From a virus, in the IMG/VR virus record IMGVR_UViG_3300046171_000173, positions 1 to 64,000 of that record: a DNA stretch of 64,000 nucleotides; one strand, written 5' to 3'. A program made the translations under genes and the position numbers. Of this stretch, positions 28,205 through 36,995 are shown in pieces. The notes under the pieces were generated by a model, which worked only from the letters and a program-made list of their open reading frames with translations, did no database searches and was not told the origin of the DNA. The stretch's first letter is position 1, and every line of letters begins with the position of its first letter.

Positions 28205-28758
28205 AAAAGATTGCCAGATGTATCAACTATATTATACACAGTATAGCGGAAAGATGCACTTGCTGTAAAGTAGTTGATATCTGTTTCTGTTGCATCGAAG
28301 TTTAAAGAGGTAATTGATACTGGAAATAAGTTCTTAAATTTAACAATTGCCACATCACGAAGGTTACTGCTCAAGATATGAAGTCCACCATCACAAAACT
28401 GCTCCTCTAGGTCACGAATACCATCTGTATCGGTTGTCTTTTTAATAAACTGTTGTGGTGTTTCGGGAAATCCAAGTCCTGTCAACCAATTATGTACTGA
28501 CATGTAGTTCTCCATGTTCTCATCAACAAGAAAACGAATGTCCAAATCACCATAAGTTAGTTTCTCACCGGGAACATCTATATTCTTTAAGTAAGATGGT
28601 TGTTGATATGTTCCTAAGTTTATCTCTGGTATTGATGCAGAGTTGCAGAAGAAATCAATCTTTGGAAATTTTGCAAGAGAAAACTTGAACCCAACTGGTG
28701 AGAGAAAATTACGATTACCAATTTGTCCGGCAAGTGCACCGCGAGATGATGAAGTCAT
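28201..28758 (-). CDS. g3: Tail completion / tube terminator gp3
   Basis: NFLSPVGFKF, FLVDENMENY, FPVSITSLNFD. Confidence 0.85.
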   Translation of the reverse strand: MTSSSRGALAGQIGNRNFLSPVGFKFSLAKFPKIDFFCNSASIPEINLGTYQQPSYLKNIDVPGEKLTYGDLDIRFLVDENMENYMSVHNWLTGLGFPETPQQFIKKTTDTDGIRDLEEQFCDGGLHILSSNLRDVAIVKFKNLFPVSITSLNFDATETDINYFTASASFRYTVYNIVDTSGNLL

Positions 28759-29072
28759 TTTTTAGTTTTCTTTTTCATTGAATTAATAAATTTGCGATAA
28801 ATTGCTGCTTCTGCAGTTTTACCCATCACCCGTGCTCTCTGCTCCATTGCGATGGCTGCCTGAATCTTGTGAGCATGGCCTCGATTTGATTTTCTAATTT
28901 TCGCAACACTGGATCTTGCTGTTGATTCATCTTTGAATCCAAGTCCATGAATTGTTCCTTTTGGATCTTCATCTGTATATAAGTCTGAATGTTTTTTAGA
29001 TTTTGCTGGTTGTCCCTTCTTTCTTGGGATTCTTGGATTAGAAGACTCTAAAAACTGTTGAAGTGTTTTCAT
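28755..29072 (-). CDS. Basic protein with CTS-like leader (MKTLQQFLE)
   Basis: HSDLYTDEDPKGTIHGLGFKD...MEQRA module following the leader. Confidence 0.6.
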   Translation of the reverse strand: MKTLQQFLESSNPRIPRKKGQPAKSKKHSDLYTDEDPKGTIHGLGFKDESTARSSVAKIRKSNRGHAHKIQAAIAMEQRARVMGKTAEAAIYRKFINSMKKKTKK

Positions 29073-29368
29073 TCACCTCCACCTCCTCCATTGCCTCCAC
29101 CACCATTACCACCACCGTTTCCACCACCATTTCCACCGTTTCCGTTACCGCCATTGCCACCATTGCCATTTCCGTTACCATTACCATTTCCGTTACCATT
29201 ACCACTATCTGAGCGATTATCTCCACCACGATAATACCTCCCACCAAAACTAGGATAATACTTATATCGTTTTGTTGGAACGCAACTCTTTAGTTTTGAA
29301 TCGAATCTGTATCCTTTAGGGCACTTTGCTGATTGTGCCTCATCCAGAAACTGGTCTAGATTTTTCAT
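29069..29368 (-). CDS. Protein with CTS-like leader (MKNLDQFLDE), a CxxGY..C module and a Gly-Asn tail
   Basis: KCPKGYRFDSKLKSC followed by GN/GG low-complexity repeats. Confidence 0.6.
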   Translation of the reverse strand: MKNLDQFLDEAQSAKCPKGYRFDSKLKSCVPTKRYKYYPSFGGRYYRGGDNRSDSGNGNGNGNGNGNGNGGNGGNGNGGNGGGNGGGNGGGGNGGGGGE

Positions 29369-29526
29369 TAGTCATTAAGAATCATGTAGTACCATTCTTC
29401 ACTCATACCACCAATAATGGTATCGGCATCAGTTTTATTTACAGCATAGTTTTCTGTAACAAGGTAGTCTACAATCTTTTCGTAAGCTTTATGTGCTTCT
29501 TTTAATTCTCTAGGTGATGGTTTCAT
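29368..29526 (-). CDS. Small hypothetical protein (52 aa, absent from the track)
   Basis: MKPSPRELKEAH...IVDYLVTENYA...IIGGMSEEWYYMILND; late promoter CTAAATA at ~29545-29551. Confidence 0.6.
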   Translation of the reverse strand: MKPSPRELKEAHKAYEKIVDYLVTENYAVNKTDADTIIGGMSEEWYYMILND

Positions 29527-29551
29527 GGCACTATTAGTTTTAAGTATTTAG

Positions 29552-29736
29552 TTATTCAGTAACGACAGTAAATCCTTCCCAACCACCGTTCTTCCCATCT
29601 GTGTTTGTAGTTAGATATGTTGGATTATTTGTGTACTGTTTTCTTTCACTGTATGTGTCAGACCATCTTTTTCACCCATGTAGTAAACATCTACAGATGA
29701 ATTAAGTTGACTTGGTTTCTTGATGTGATAAGGCAT
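29552..29736 (-). CDS. Small hypothetical protein (one apparent indel)
   Basis: MPYHIKKPS...VYYMG..WSDTYSERK...GKNGGWEGFTVVTE. Confidence 0.5.
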
Positions 29737-29871
29737 CGTTCTTCAATTGATTTTTAACTTTTTTTGCGTACATAATCTCCCCTTTCGAGTATAAAAATGG
29801 ATTCTTTTTTGCTCGTTTAAGGATTAATTTGGTTGCTTTTCTATCATTCATATAGGTATTTATACGAAGAC

Positions 29872-29900
29872 AAAAAAAGAGGAGGTCTCCCTCCCTTCTC
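29872..29900 (-). terminator. Intrinsic terminator
   Basis: GGGAGG-GAGA-CCTCCT followed by CTTTTTTT. Confidence 0.75.
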
Positions 29901-29916
29901 TTAAACCTTTAGTGCA

Positions 29917-30063
29917 TTATGCAAATACCTCTCTACAAATGCGTTTACATGTATTTTGATTATCATCACACTCGATCAAACACTCGTAGTATTCCTCGAC
30001 TAAATCGTTCCTAGATTCATATTTGGAGCTAGACAACTGATTGTATGAAATTAAATTGTGCAT
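29917..30063 (-). CDS. Cys-rich 48-aa peptide (absent from the track)
   Basis: MHNLISYNQLSSSKYESRNDLVEEYYECLIECDDNQNTCKRICREVFA; SD-like GAGGT upstream, terminator downstream. Confidence 0.75.
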   Translation of the reverse strand: MHNLISYNQLSSSKYESRNDLVEEYYECLIECDDNQNTCKRICREVFA

Positions 30064-30110
30064 TACCTGACCTCTGATGACTACTTTCCTACCCATAACA
30101 AAAGGGGTTT

Positions 30111-30176
30111 TTAGTGCATTGTTCTCTCCGCAATGACAAAATTATTTATGCAAATTAGGTCTGTATTCACTGATAC
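30111..30176 (-). promoter_or_regulatory. NtcA-like box, late promoter and Met-His-stop mini-ORF
   Basis: GTA-N8-TAC at 30163-30176; ATAAATA at 30149-30143; GGAGAG-AACA-ATGCACTAA at 30119-30111. Confidence 0.55.
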
Positions 30177-30210
30177 TTAGTAACAAAAATTTATGCCTAC
30201 GAGTTTATAC

Positions 30211-30570
30211 CTACTGATTCTTTTGAAGTCTCTCTACAACAGTTGATGCTTGCATTGGTGCGACATCATTTAGTCCATTTGCATCAAACCAAGGTGCATC
30301 TTCCCAACTAAATCCTTCTCCAAATGTATTATCAGGTGCGACAACATACCAATGACACTTTGCATCTGGTATATCTACAGCACAAACTGCCCAATCATCT
30401 GCCCACTGGGGCACTTGCACATACATCACTGGTAAATGATTTGCATGTGCCGGTGAAGCCGCAAATGTGATTATGAATAAAACTAGACTTATGAAAATTC
30501 TAGGAATATACCTTACCGATATAGGACGCTTGTATGCCTCCATAACATCGTGGTAATTCAGGTGATTCAC
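30211..30570 (-). CDS. Hypothetical protein with a signal-peptide-like segment
   Basis: Hydrophobic IFISLVLFIITFAASPAHA, then Trp/Cys-rich VPQWADDWAVCA...CHWY. Confidence 0.6.
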   Translation of the reverse strand: MNHLNYHDVMEAYKRPISVRYIPRIFISLVLFIITFAASPAHANHLPVMYVQVPQWADDWAVCAVDIPDAKCHWYVVAPDNTFGEGFSWEDAPWFDANGLNDVAPMQASTVVERLQKNQ

Positions 30571-30755
30571 TTTTTCTCTCCTTTTCTAGGGTTATTTAGA
30601 TTCCAAGTATTAATATTAAAAACATCTAGATATACCCATTTAGCATAATGAACACCTCTATAACACAGGAGAGCAAAGACCCTCTCTGGATTATGGATAT
30701 CTTCATCATATTCTGGAACTTCTGGTCGTTCCCAATTTACATTGATGTGTAACAT
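30567..30755 (-). CDS. Small protein with a DUF4278-like YRGVxY motif
   Basis: LLCYRGVHY; strong SD AGGAGGT and late promoter ATAAATA upstream. Confidence 0.55.
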   Translation of the reverse strand: MLHINVNWERPEVPEYDEDIHNPERVFALLCYRGVHYAKWVYLDVFNINTWNLNNPRKGEKK

Positions 30756-30804
30756 TTGTCTTTACCTCCTGTAACAATTATTTATTGTTAGGAGATCTTG
30801 ACAT

Positions 30805-30832
30805 AAAAAAAAGACCCCCGAAGGAGTCTTTT
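30805..30832 (-). terminator. Intrinsic terminator after g23
   Basis: AAGACTCC-TTCG-GGGGTCTT-TTTTTT. Confidence 0.85.
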
Positions 30833-30853
30833 GAAGAAATATAAGCGTCTTGC

Positions 30854-32281
30854 TTACATTAGGTTTTGAACTTTAACTCTTCTGTAGTAACGGTTAGCGT
30901 TAACAGAAAGTCTACCAAGACCTTGAGTTGTTCCTTCAGCAAATGGGTTAGCAACCATACCATATCTGGTTTTGAAACCAATTTTTGGTTGGAATGTATC
31001 CTGACCAACTGCTCTAACCATCTGAAGTGGTACATATGGGCAGTAGAATAGTCCTGCATCGTAAGGTGAAGAACCTTTGTATCCTACAACATAGTACTGA
31101 TCAGCAGCTAAGTTTGCAGCAAATGGGTCAATGTACACTCTGTACTTACCTTGAAGTATACCAGCAAATGTATTGCCTGTATCATCAACATTAAGGTTAG
31201 CATTAAGTGCTGGAGTGTAATCTAGAACTCCTGCCATTGTGAGTGCAGATGCAACATCAGCAGAGCAGAGGATCATGTTACCCTTTCCACGACGAGTTCT
31301 TTGTGCTATAGCGTTAGCATCTCTCTCGATTTGGAAGATAAGTCCTTTGAACTTCTCAACTGACCAACGACCGTTGCTATCAGTATCTAAGTCGAACGCA
31401 CCGGCAGTTGCCACATTAGTCTGTGCTCCAGACTCAGCAACCTTATAGATTGTTCTAATAACTTCTCTGTTGATTTCAGCAAGTATCTCTGTTGAAAGGA
31501 TATTTGCTAGTTCTGCTTCAGCATTCAATCCATGAATTGCCTTAAGATCTTGAGCAAGTTCTAAACTGTACTCTGCCTTTAGTGCTCTGGATTTCGCTGT
31601 AACGGTGACTTTCTCGATTGAGAATGCCATCTCGTTGAACAGTTGACCTGATTCACCTAGTGCTTCAGCGTCTTCTGTATCCATACCACGACCAACTGGG
31701 TATGTTGCTGCACCTTGACCACTTTCAGGGTTTAAGGCAGCAGGGTTTGATGCTTGTACACCACCTGTTGTACCGAAACCAACTGTTGCGCCAGTTGTAG
31801 CACCTTCATTCTGTGTGTAACCAGCAGATATATCTGCGCCACCGTCAGGATGCTGAGATGAGAACGCTGTGTCTGGTTCGTTGAATAGTGCTTCAGCTCC
31901 ACTTTGGTTAGTGAATCTGGATCTCATTGCGAAAATAAGTCCTGTTGGGCCGCTCATTGGTTGTACACCAGCTAGGTCATATGCGACCAAGTTTGGCATA
32001 GAACGACGGATAAGACTTATGAGTACTGGGTCGAAACCAGCAACTGGGCCGGCAGCTGTTGCGCCAGCAGAGAAACCAGCAGTTGCACCAGATGAACCGG
32101 TTGTTACTGTAGGTTGCTCAGATAAGAATTCACGCTCTTCGCGTTGTGTTTGCTCTTGGTTCTCTAAAAGAACTGCTGTGACCATTCTTCTATGGTTGTC
32201 TTTGATTGGATCTAGTCCATCATAGTCTAGAAGCGGGGCCCACTTTTCTACAAGAGCTTCCTGATTAATAGGGGCTTGCAT
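30854..32281 (-). CDS. g23: Major capsid protein gp23
   Basis: GVQPMSGPTGLIFAMR, ELAQDLKAIHGLNAE, YCPYVPL, FQPKIGFKTRYG. Confidence 0.98.
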   Translation of the reverse strand: MQAPINQEALVEKWAPLLDYDGLDPIKDNHRRMVTAVLLENQEQTQREEREFLSEQPTVTTGSSGATAGFSAGATAAGPVAGFDPVLISLIRRSMPNLVAYDLAGVQPMSGPTGLIFAMRSRFTNQSGAEALFNEPDTAFSSQHPDGGADISAGYTQNEGATTGATVGFGTTGGVQASNPAALNPESGQGAATYPVGRGMDTEDAEALGESGQLFNEMAFSIEKVTVTAKSRALKAEYSLELAQDLKAIHGLNAEAELANILSTEILAEINREVIRTIYKVAESGAQTNVATAGAFDLDTDSNGRWSVEKFKGLIFQIERDANAIAQRTRRGKGNMILCSADVASALTMAGVLDYTPALNANLNVDDTGNTFAGILQGKYRVYIDPFAANLAADQYYVVGYKGSSPYDAGLFYCPYVPLQMVRAVGQDTFQPKIGFKTRYGMVANPFAEGTTQGLGRLSVNANRYYRRVKVQNLM

Positions 32282-32328
32282 TTAAGAGTTACCTTTTTTT
32301 AAGTTTGTTTGAATGTATAATGTAAAAA

Positions 32329-33450
32329 TCACTTTTTAGACACACGGTTTAATGTCTGAAGATATGCTTCCATTGAACTGGATATATCCTGATAGGTTGG
32401 AGTGTTTGTCTCTTCAGATAAATTCTCCGACTTGTCTCTTTGAGATCCAGCATTACTTGGGAAATAAGATTCCTTAAGTGTTACTAGTTTCTCACGATAG
32501 TCTGACTCACTTTCAAACTCAACTTTTTCTACAAGGGTTGCAAGTTTTTCTTTCTGTGTTGATGCTAATCCTTCGGTTACTTCACCAAAGACTACATCTG
32601 CAGATGACTCGGCTAATCTCCTGTTTAGAGCAACATTCTTTTCGATTTGCTCATTGAGTTTACCTTCCATTTCATCAAGTTTATCTACCATGCTTTCGAT
32701 AACATCATATTTGTCTTCAGGTACGGATACATAATGTTCTTCAAAAAGACTCTTCATTCCAGTTAAGAATGAATCAGTCATTTCTGACTTGAGACCGGAT
32801 TCAACAGCAATTTGATTGTCTGCGATCCATTCGTCAGACACATACTCAAGGTATGCATCGACTCTTTCTTCAAGTTCAGATTTAATAGCAGCAACTTCTT
32901 CAATGAGTTGCTCTTCATATTGAGCTTGAACGCTCTCTTTAACATCAGCAAGTTTAGACTTGATTGCTGCTTCAAAGATTGTTCTTGCCTTATTTTGAAA
33001 TTCTTCTGAAAGTTCTTCGCCTTCTAGAAGTGCATTAACATCTGCTTCGATGTCAATCTCTTCTTCAACGATTTCTTCTTCAGTTTCTTCAGTTGTTTCT
33101 TCTTCAGCAACGACTTCTTGAGTTTCCTCAACTTCAGTTGTTTCTTCTTCAGAAACTACCTCATCAGTCTTTGCTTCATCTTCAGCGACAACTTCGCCTT
33201 CGGAAGATTCATCTTCTTCCTTCATGCCCGCTGGACTTGGATCTGCAGGTTTTGCACCTTTAGAGACAATATCCTTAACCTGTTTTAAGGTTGTTCCGGG
33301 TGTTTTCAACTTGTTAGAATCATCATCAGGTTTTGAATTTTCGGGAGTAGGGCCTCCTAAATCTTCAACCGATGCTTGATTCGGAGTTGATAGAGCAAGT
33401 TTTGGCATTGGATCTGCCGATTTTGCCCCTTTGGTTACTACATTTTCCAT
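32329..33450 (-). CDS. g22: Prohead scaffold protein gp22
   Basis: Acidic; LSEEF..KA.TIFEAA, YLEYV..EW, LKESYF; located between g21 and g23. Confidence 0.93.
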   Translation of the reverse strand: MENVVTKGAKSADPMPKLALSTPNQASVEDLGGPTPENSKPDDDSNKLKTPGTTLKQVKDIVSKGAKPADPSPAGMKEEDESSEGEVVAEDEAKTDEVVSEEETTEVEETQEVVAEEETTEETEEEIVEEEIDIEADVNALLEGEELSEEFQNKARTIFEAAIKSKLADVKESVQAQYEEQLIEEVAAIKSELEERVDAYLEYVSDEWIADNQIAVESGLKSEMTDSFLTGMKSLFEEHYVSVPEDKYDVIESMVDKLDEMEGKLNEQIEKNVALNRRLAESSADVVFGEVTEGLASTQKEKLATLVEKVEFESESDYREKLVTLKESYFPSNAGSQRDKSENLSEETNTPTYQDISSSMEAYLQTLNRVSKK

Positions 33451-33518
33451 TTCGTGTTAATTTTGACCAGCGGACATTTGAATATTAGATTTTAAATAAT
33501 CTGTATTTATTTATAATG

Positions 33519-34173
33519 TTACAGATTTGCTAAGAAATCTTGGAATAATCCAAGTTTATGTTCATCTAAAACATTTTGATCAACTAAAGTGTTAATCTTA
33601 TTTTTTGTTTGTGAAGCAAGTTGTTCACGAAGGATTCCTCCTTCCCAAACCCACTCTTTTCCTTCCATGATTCCAGATACAAAAGCATCAGGGTGCTGAT
33701 GGATCAGCAACGATGTCAGCAGCAGTTGCTAACATGAAATCTTCACCAACAACTTTGCATCCAGATGCAGTGTCTTCTTTCAATGATCCGACACCACGAG
33801 ACGAGACACCGAGGGTGACTCCTTCACCAATAAGATTTGATGCAATCTTACCCATTGGTGTTGAAAGTATTTGTGCCTTACCAACAAAGTTTTTACCTTC
33901 TTGACGAAGTGATGTAATCTTATGAGATACTCGATCTAGATTAACTGTTGGGCCATCTGGATGTCCAAGTTCTCCAAGTGCTCTTCCTTTCTGAACAAAA
34001 CTTTCGTTATAACGATTTACTTCTCTTGCAAGAGTATTTACAGGGTATAATCTACCGTTACGATTTTTGATATCTCCTTGTAAGAAAACACCTTCGATAT
34101 ACATTTTTTTATTACCGCCTTTTCCTTCAACGATAAATTTAACCTTTTGGACTTCTTCGGTAATTAGTTTCAT
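33519..34173 (-). CDS. g21: Prohead protease gp21 (one apparent indel near 33690)
   Basis: KNRNGRLYP, ALGELGHP, GVSSRGVGSL, DIVADPSAP-DAFV. Confidence 0.95.
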
Positions 34174-34177
34174 TTTC

Positions 34178-34453
34178 TTAATTTGTGTATCCTACTTTTG
34201 ATCCTTTAACTGCAGCATTAGCAGCAAAAATAAAATGACCAGATTGCTTTTCAACTAATGCACTTTCTGTTCTCATTAGAGTGAAAGATCCAACAGTTGT
34301 TCCACCTTGAGTTTCTACAATAGTTACTAAATGATCAGCACCTGTTGCTGTATTAACTAAACGAACTACAGTGGCATTATCAAAAGTTGATGCACTACCT
34401 GACCCAGTTGGTAAAGCAGCTGCTTCCGCACCTTTAATTAATAGTCTAGTCAT
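34178..34453 (-). CDS. Hypothetical protein, possibly virion-associated
   Basis: 91 aa, beta-rich, in the head operon. Confidence 0.55.
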   Translation of the reverse strand: MTRLLIKGAEAAALPTGSGSASTFDNATVVRLVNTATGADHLVTIVETQGGTTVGSFTLMRTESALVEKQSGHFIFAANAAVKGSKVGYTN

Positions 34454-34632
34454 CTTCTTCCTCTTGTGGTTCAGTATCTACTTCACTTTCATCGTCAAAC
34501 ATTCCGTTACCAACTGAAGGTCGAATGTCTTCAACCTTTCTTAGCAGCTTTCTGATATAATAGATCTTTTAATTCATCTGAAATCTTTGCAGCATCAGAA
34601 TCCTTTGCAATCATGTCAATAATGTTTTCCAT
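34446..34632 (-). CDS. Small acidic prohead-core-like protein (apparent indel; absent from the track)
   Basis: MENIIDMIAKDSDAAKISDELKDLLYQKAA...IRPSVGNGMFDDE; late promoter TATAAATA upstream; g67/g68 position. Confidence 0.55.
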
Positions 34633-34656
34633 ATTTTAAATAGGTATATATTTTAT

Positions 34657-36335
34657 TTATATCTCTGCTTTTTTGGTATCATTTGCTAGTTCTGCATCTG
34701 TTACTGCTGCTTGACCTTCTAGATCATCTTCAACTGGCACATCGCCTAAATCTCCACCTGCAATTGGTTCACCAGTTATTGGGTCAACTTGTGAAGGATC
34801 TGGTAAAATTCCATCCTTGATTTCTTGTTCGATTTGTGCATCAATCTCTTCAATTTCAGTGTCAGATTGACGAAGAACTTTCTTACGAAGATACTCTGTT
34901 GAATAGTACTTACCAAGATATGGTTCGACAGTTGCAGCAAGACCTAATCTCTCATTCATCATTTCTGATTCTTTAAGTTCTGCAAACTGATTATCGTATA
35001 AGAAATCATACTGAATATGATCACTCATCTTCTCCCAATCTTCTGGAGTAACAATGTTCTTAAGAATCAATTGAGTTCTCAACATGTCATTAAACATGTT
35101 ACCAAATCTCTTTCTTAATCTTCCAACAAACTTACTAAACTTAAGTTCATCTCTTAATATTTCAGATGATCTTCCTAAGTTAAATCCACCATCAGATGCG
35201 ATTCTAGATTCTGGAACACCTAATGCACGATATAGTTTCTTTTGGAAGTATTCAATATCTGTAAGTTCACCTAAGTTTTGTCCACCGGGAAGTGTTGATA
35301 TCTCAGTTCCTCTTCCACCTTCTCTTCTTGGCAACCAGAAATCTTCCATCATAGACATGAACTTACGATCATCTCTAACTTCACCAGTTTGTGCATTATA
35401 ACTTAACTTATTACGATAGCGACTCATTACCTCTTTAAGGTACTGTTCTGCTTTTACTTTTGGAAGATTACCAACATCAATATAAAATATTCTTCTTTCT
35501 GGTGCTCTTGATAATCTGTAGATAACAAGACTATCTTCAATCATTCTTAATTGATTTAAGTGCCTTGATTGCTTTATGTAAGTATGATAAACAAGTTCCT
35601 TTATTACGATCAAATAAACCGGAGGTTACATAAGTTATTGAATCTTTAGCAATCTTAATGTTCTTTTCACGACCTGATGCAACGGGTGACATAACACCTA
35701 TTGGATAGTTAGGTTTTGGTGTATAAACATAATATTCTTCAATATCTGGATATGCAGATGTATTAACACTCTTAAGATTACTATAATCAACTAAACCATT
35801 TCCGGGTTTTGTATTACTGTCTTTCTTCTCTTGCCTAACGAATTTCATCTTCATCGGGTCAATATATCTTAATTCTTGTATTCCATCTTGAGGTCTCTTA
35901 ACATCAATAACCTTCATGTAATATAATCTTCCATCTACATACCAGTTTCTAAAAATCTCATGAGACTTTTTATCAAAGTCCATGATTTCTTTTAGATGTC
36001 TAAATTCTCCTCTAATTCTATCTTTTAAACTATCACTTGCATTTACATTAGATAACTCAATTTCAATTGGAGAATCATATAGATCACTTACAATTGCTTC
36101 ATTTACAACATCTTCAATCGCATTGTCCGCTTCTGGATGCAATGCCATCTCACGATATCTTTTAATAAGATCGTACTCGGTCTTATATACTCCTTCTATA
36201 TCTACATACTGTCCATAAAATCCAGACTGTATAAAATAGTCAACCCCGTCCTCATTATTCTGAGGCACAGGGGCGACTACTGAATCGGGCTTTCTTACCT
36301 GAATCATCAATGGAGAAACCGAAAAGTTTAGGCAT
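34657..36335 (-). CDS. g20: Portal protein gp20 (apparent indels)
   Basis: MPKLFGFSI start, YREMALHPE, RAPERRIFYIDVGNLPK, EDFWLPRREGGRGTEI. Confidence 0.97.
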
Positions 36336-36388
36336 CGTATAACACTATTTATTTCTATTATACACTATTTATCAAATAAATCAACTTC

Positions 36389-36976
36389 TTAGTTGATCGC
36401 CTCTCCTCCGGCATTAGCTCCGGTGCCCTTGATTGCTTCCCACCATTGAACTTGGAATTCAACAGTAAACTCTTCAACGCTATCAACTGTCTCGTAAGAT
36501 AGGTCAATTGCACTGATATTTGTTGGGAATATATCGTGGAACTTATAGGTTCTAAGTGTAGAACCGTCACGGTCTAATTGGTGAACATATGCATCTGGTT
36601 GATACAATGCTGGATCTTGTGCTCCAGTTGCATCTTCCATACTATTAATGAAGTCCATCCATTTTTCCATTGCGGAACGAATGGAGAAGTCAACATCATT
36701 AATAACTGTTACTGTCCATGTATCAAAGGTTCTGTCACCAGCAATCTTAAGTATCCTACCTCTGAAGTTAACTTCAATAGGTGTGATATTTGACGCAGGT
36801 AATAGAGCAGCCTTAACTAAGAACCTTGATTTTTCTTTTACATCATTCTCGATCGCGATTGGATCGGGGAATGCTAATTCCACCTCAAAGAGATTCGGTC
36901 TTGCACCGCCACCGGCCATCTTGCTCTTGAAGTCGGTGATCGTTCTAAGTGGTGGTCTGTTAAATTGGGTTGCCAT
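36389..36976 (-). CDS. g19: Tail tube protein gp19
   Basis: GGARPNLFEV, AGDRTFDTWTVTVIND, FPTNIS. Confidence 0.95.
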   Translation of the reverse strand: MATQFNRPPLRTITDFKSKMAGGGARPNLFEVELAFPDPIAIENDVKEKSRFLVKAALLPASNITPIEVNFRGRILKIAGDRTFDTWTVTVINDVDFSIRSAMEKWMDFINSMEDATGAQDPALYQPDAYVHQLDRDGSTLRTYKFHDIFPTNISAIDLSYETVDSVEEFTVEFQVQWWEAIKGTGANAGGEAIN

Positions 36977-36995
36977 TTTTGTTAATTACCTCTAG

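Noticed and set aside
29075-29205. Tandem ccatt/ccgtt/ccacc repeats as a CRISPR array or DNA-level repeat element
   Set aside because: They are codon repeats encoding a Gly-Asn tail. There are no spacers and no cas genes.
30756-30804. Glutamine (glnA/Downstream-peptide) riboswitch upstream of the YRGVxY ORF
   Set aside because: The leader is too short and lacks the CGUUCA...GGAAG core.
33457-33459. Stop-codon reassignment in this phage
   Set aside because: Only one in-frame TAA was seen, while TAA, TAG and TGA all terminate conserved genes at the expected positions.
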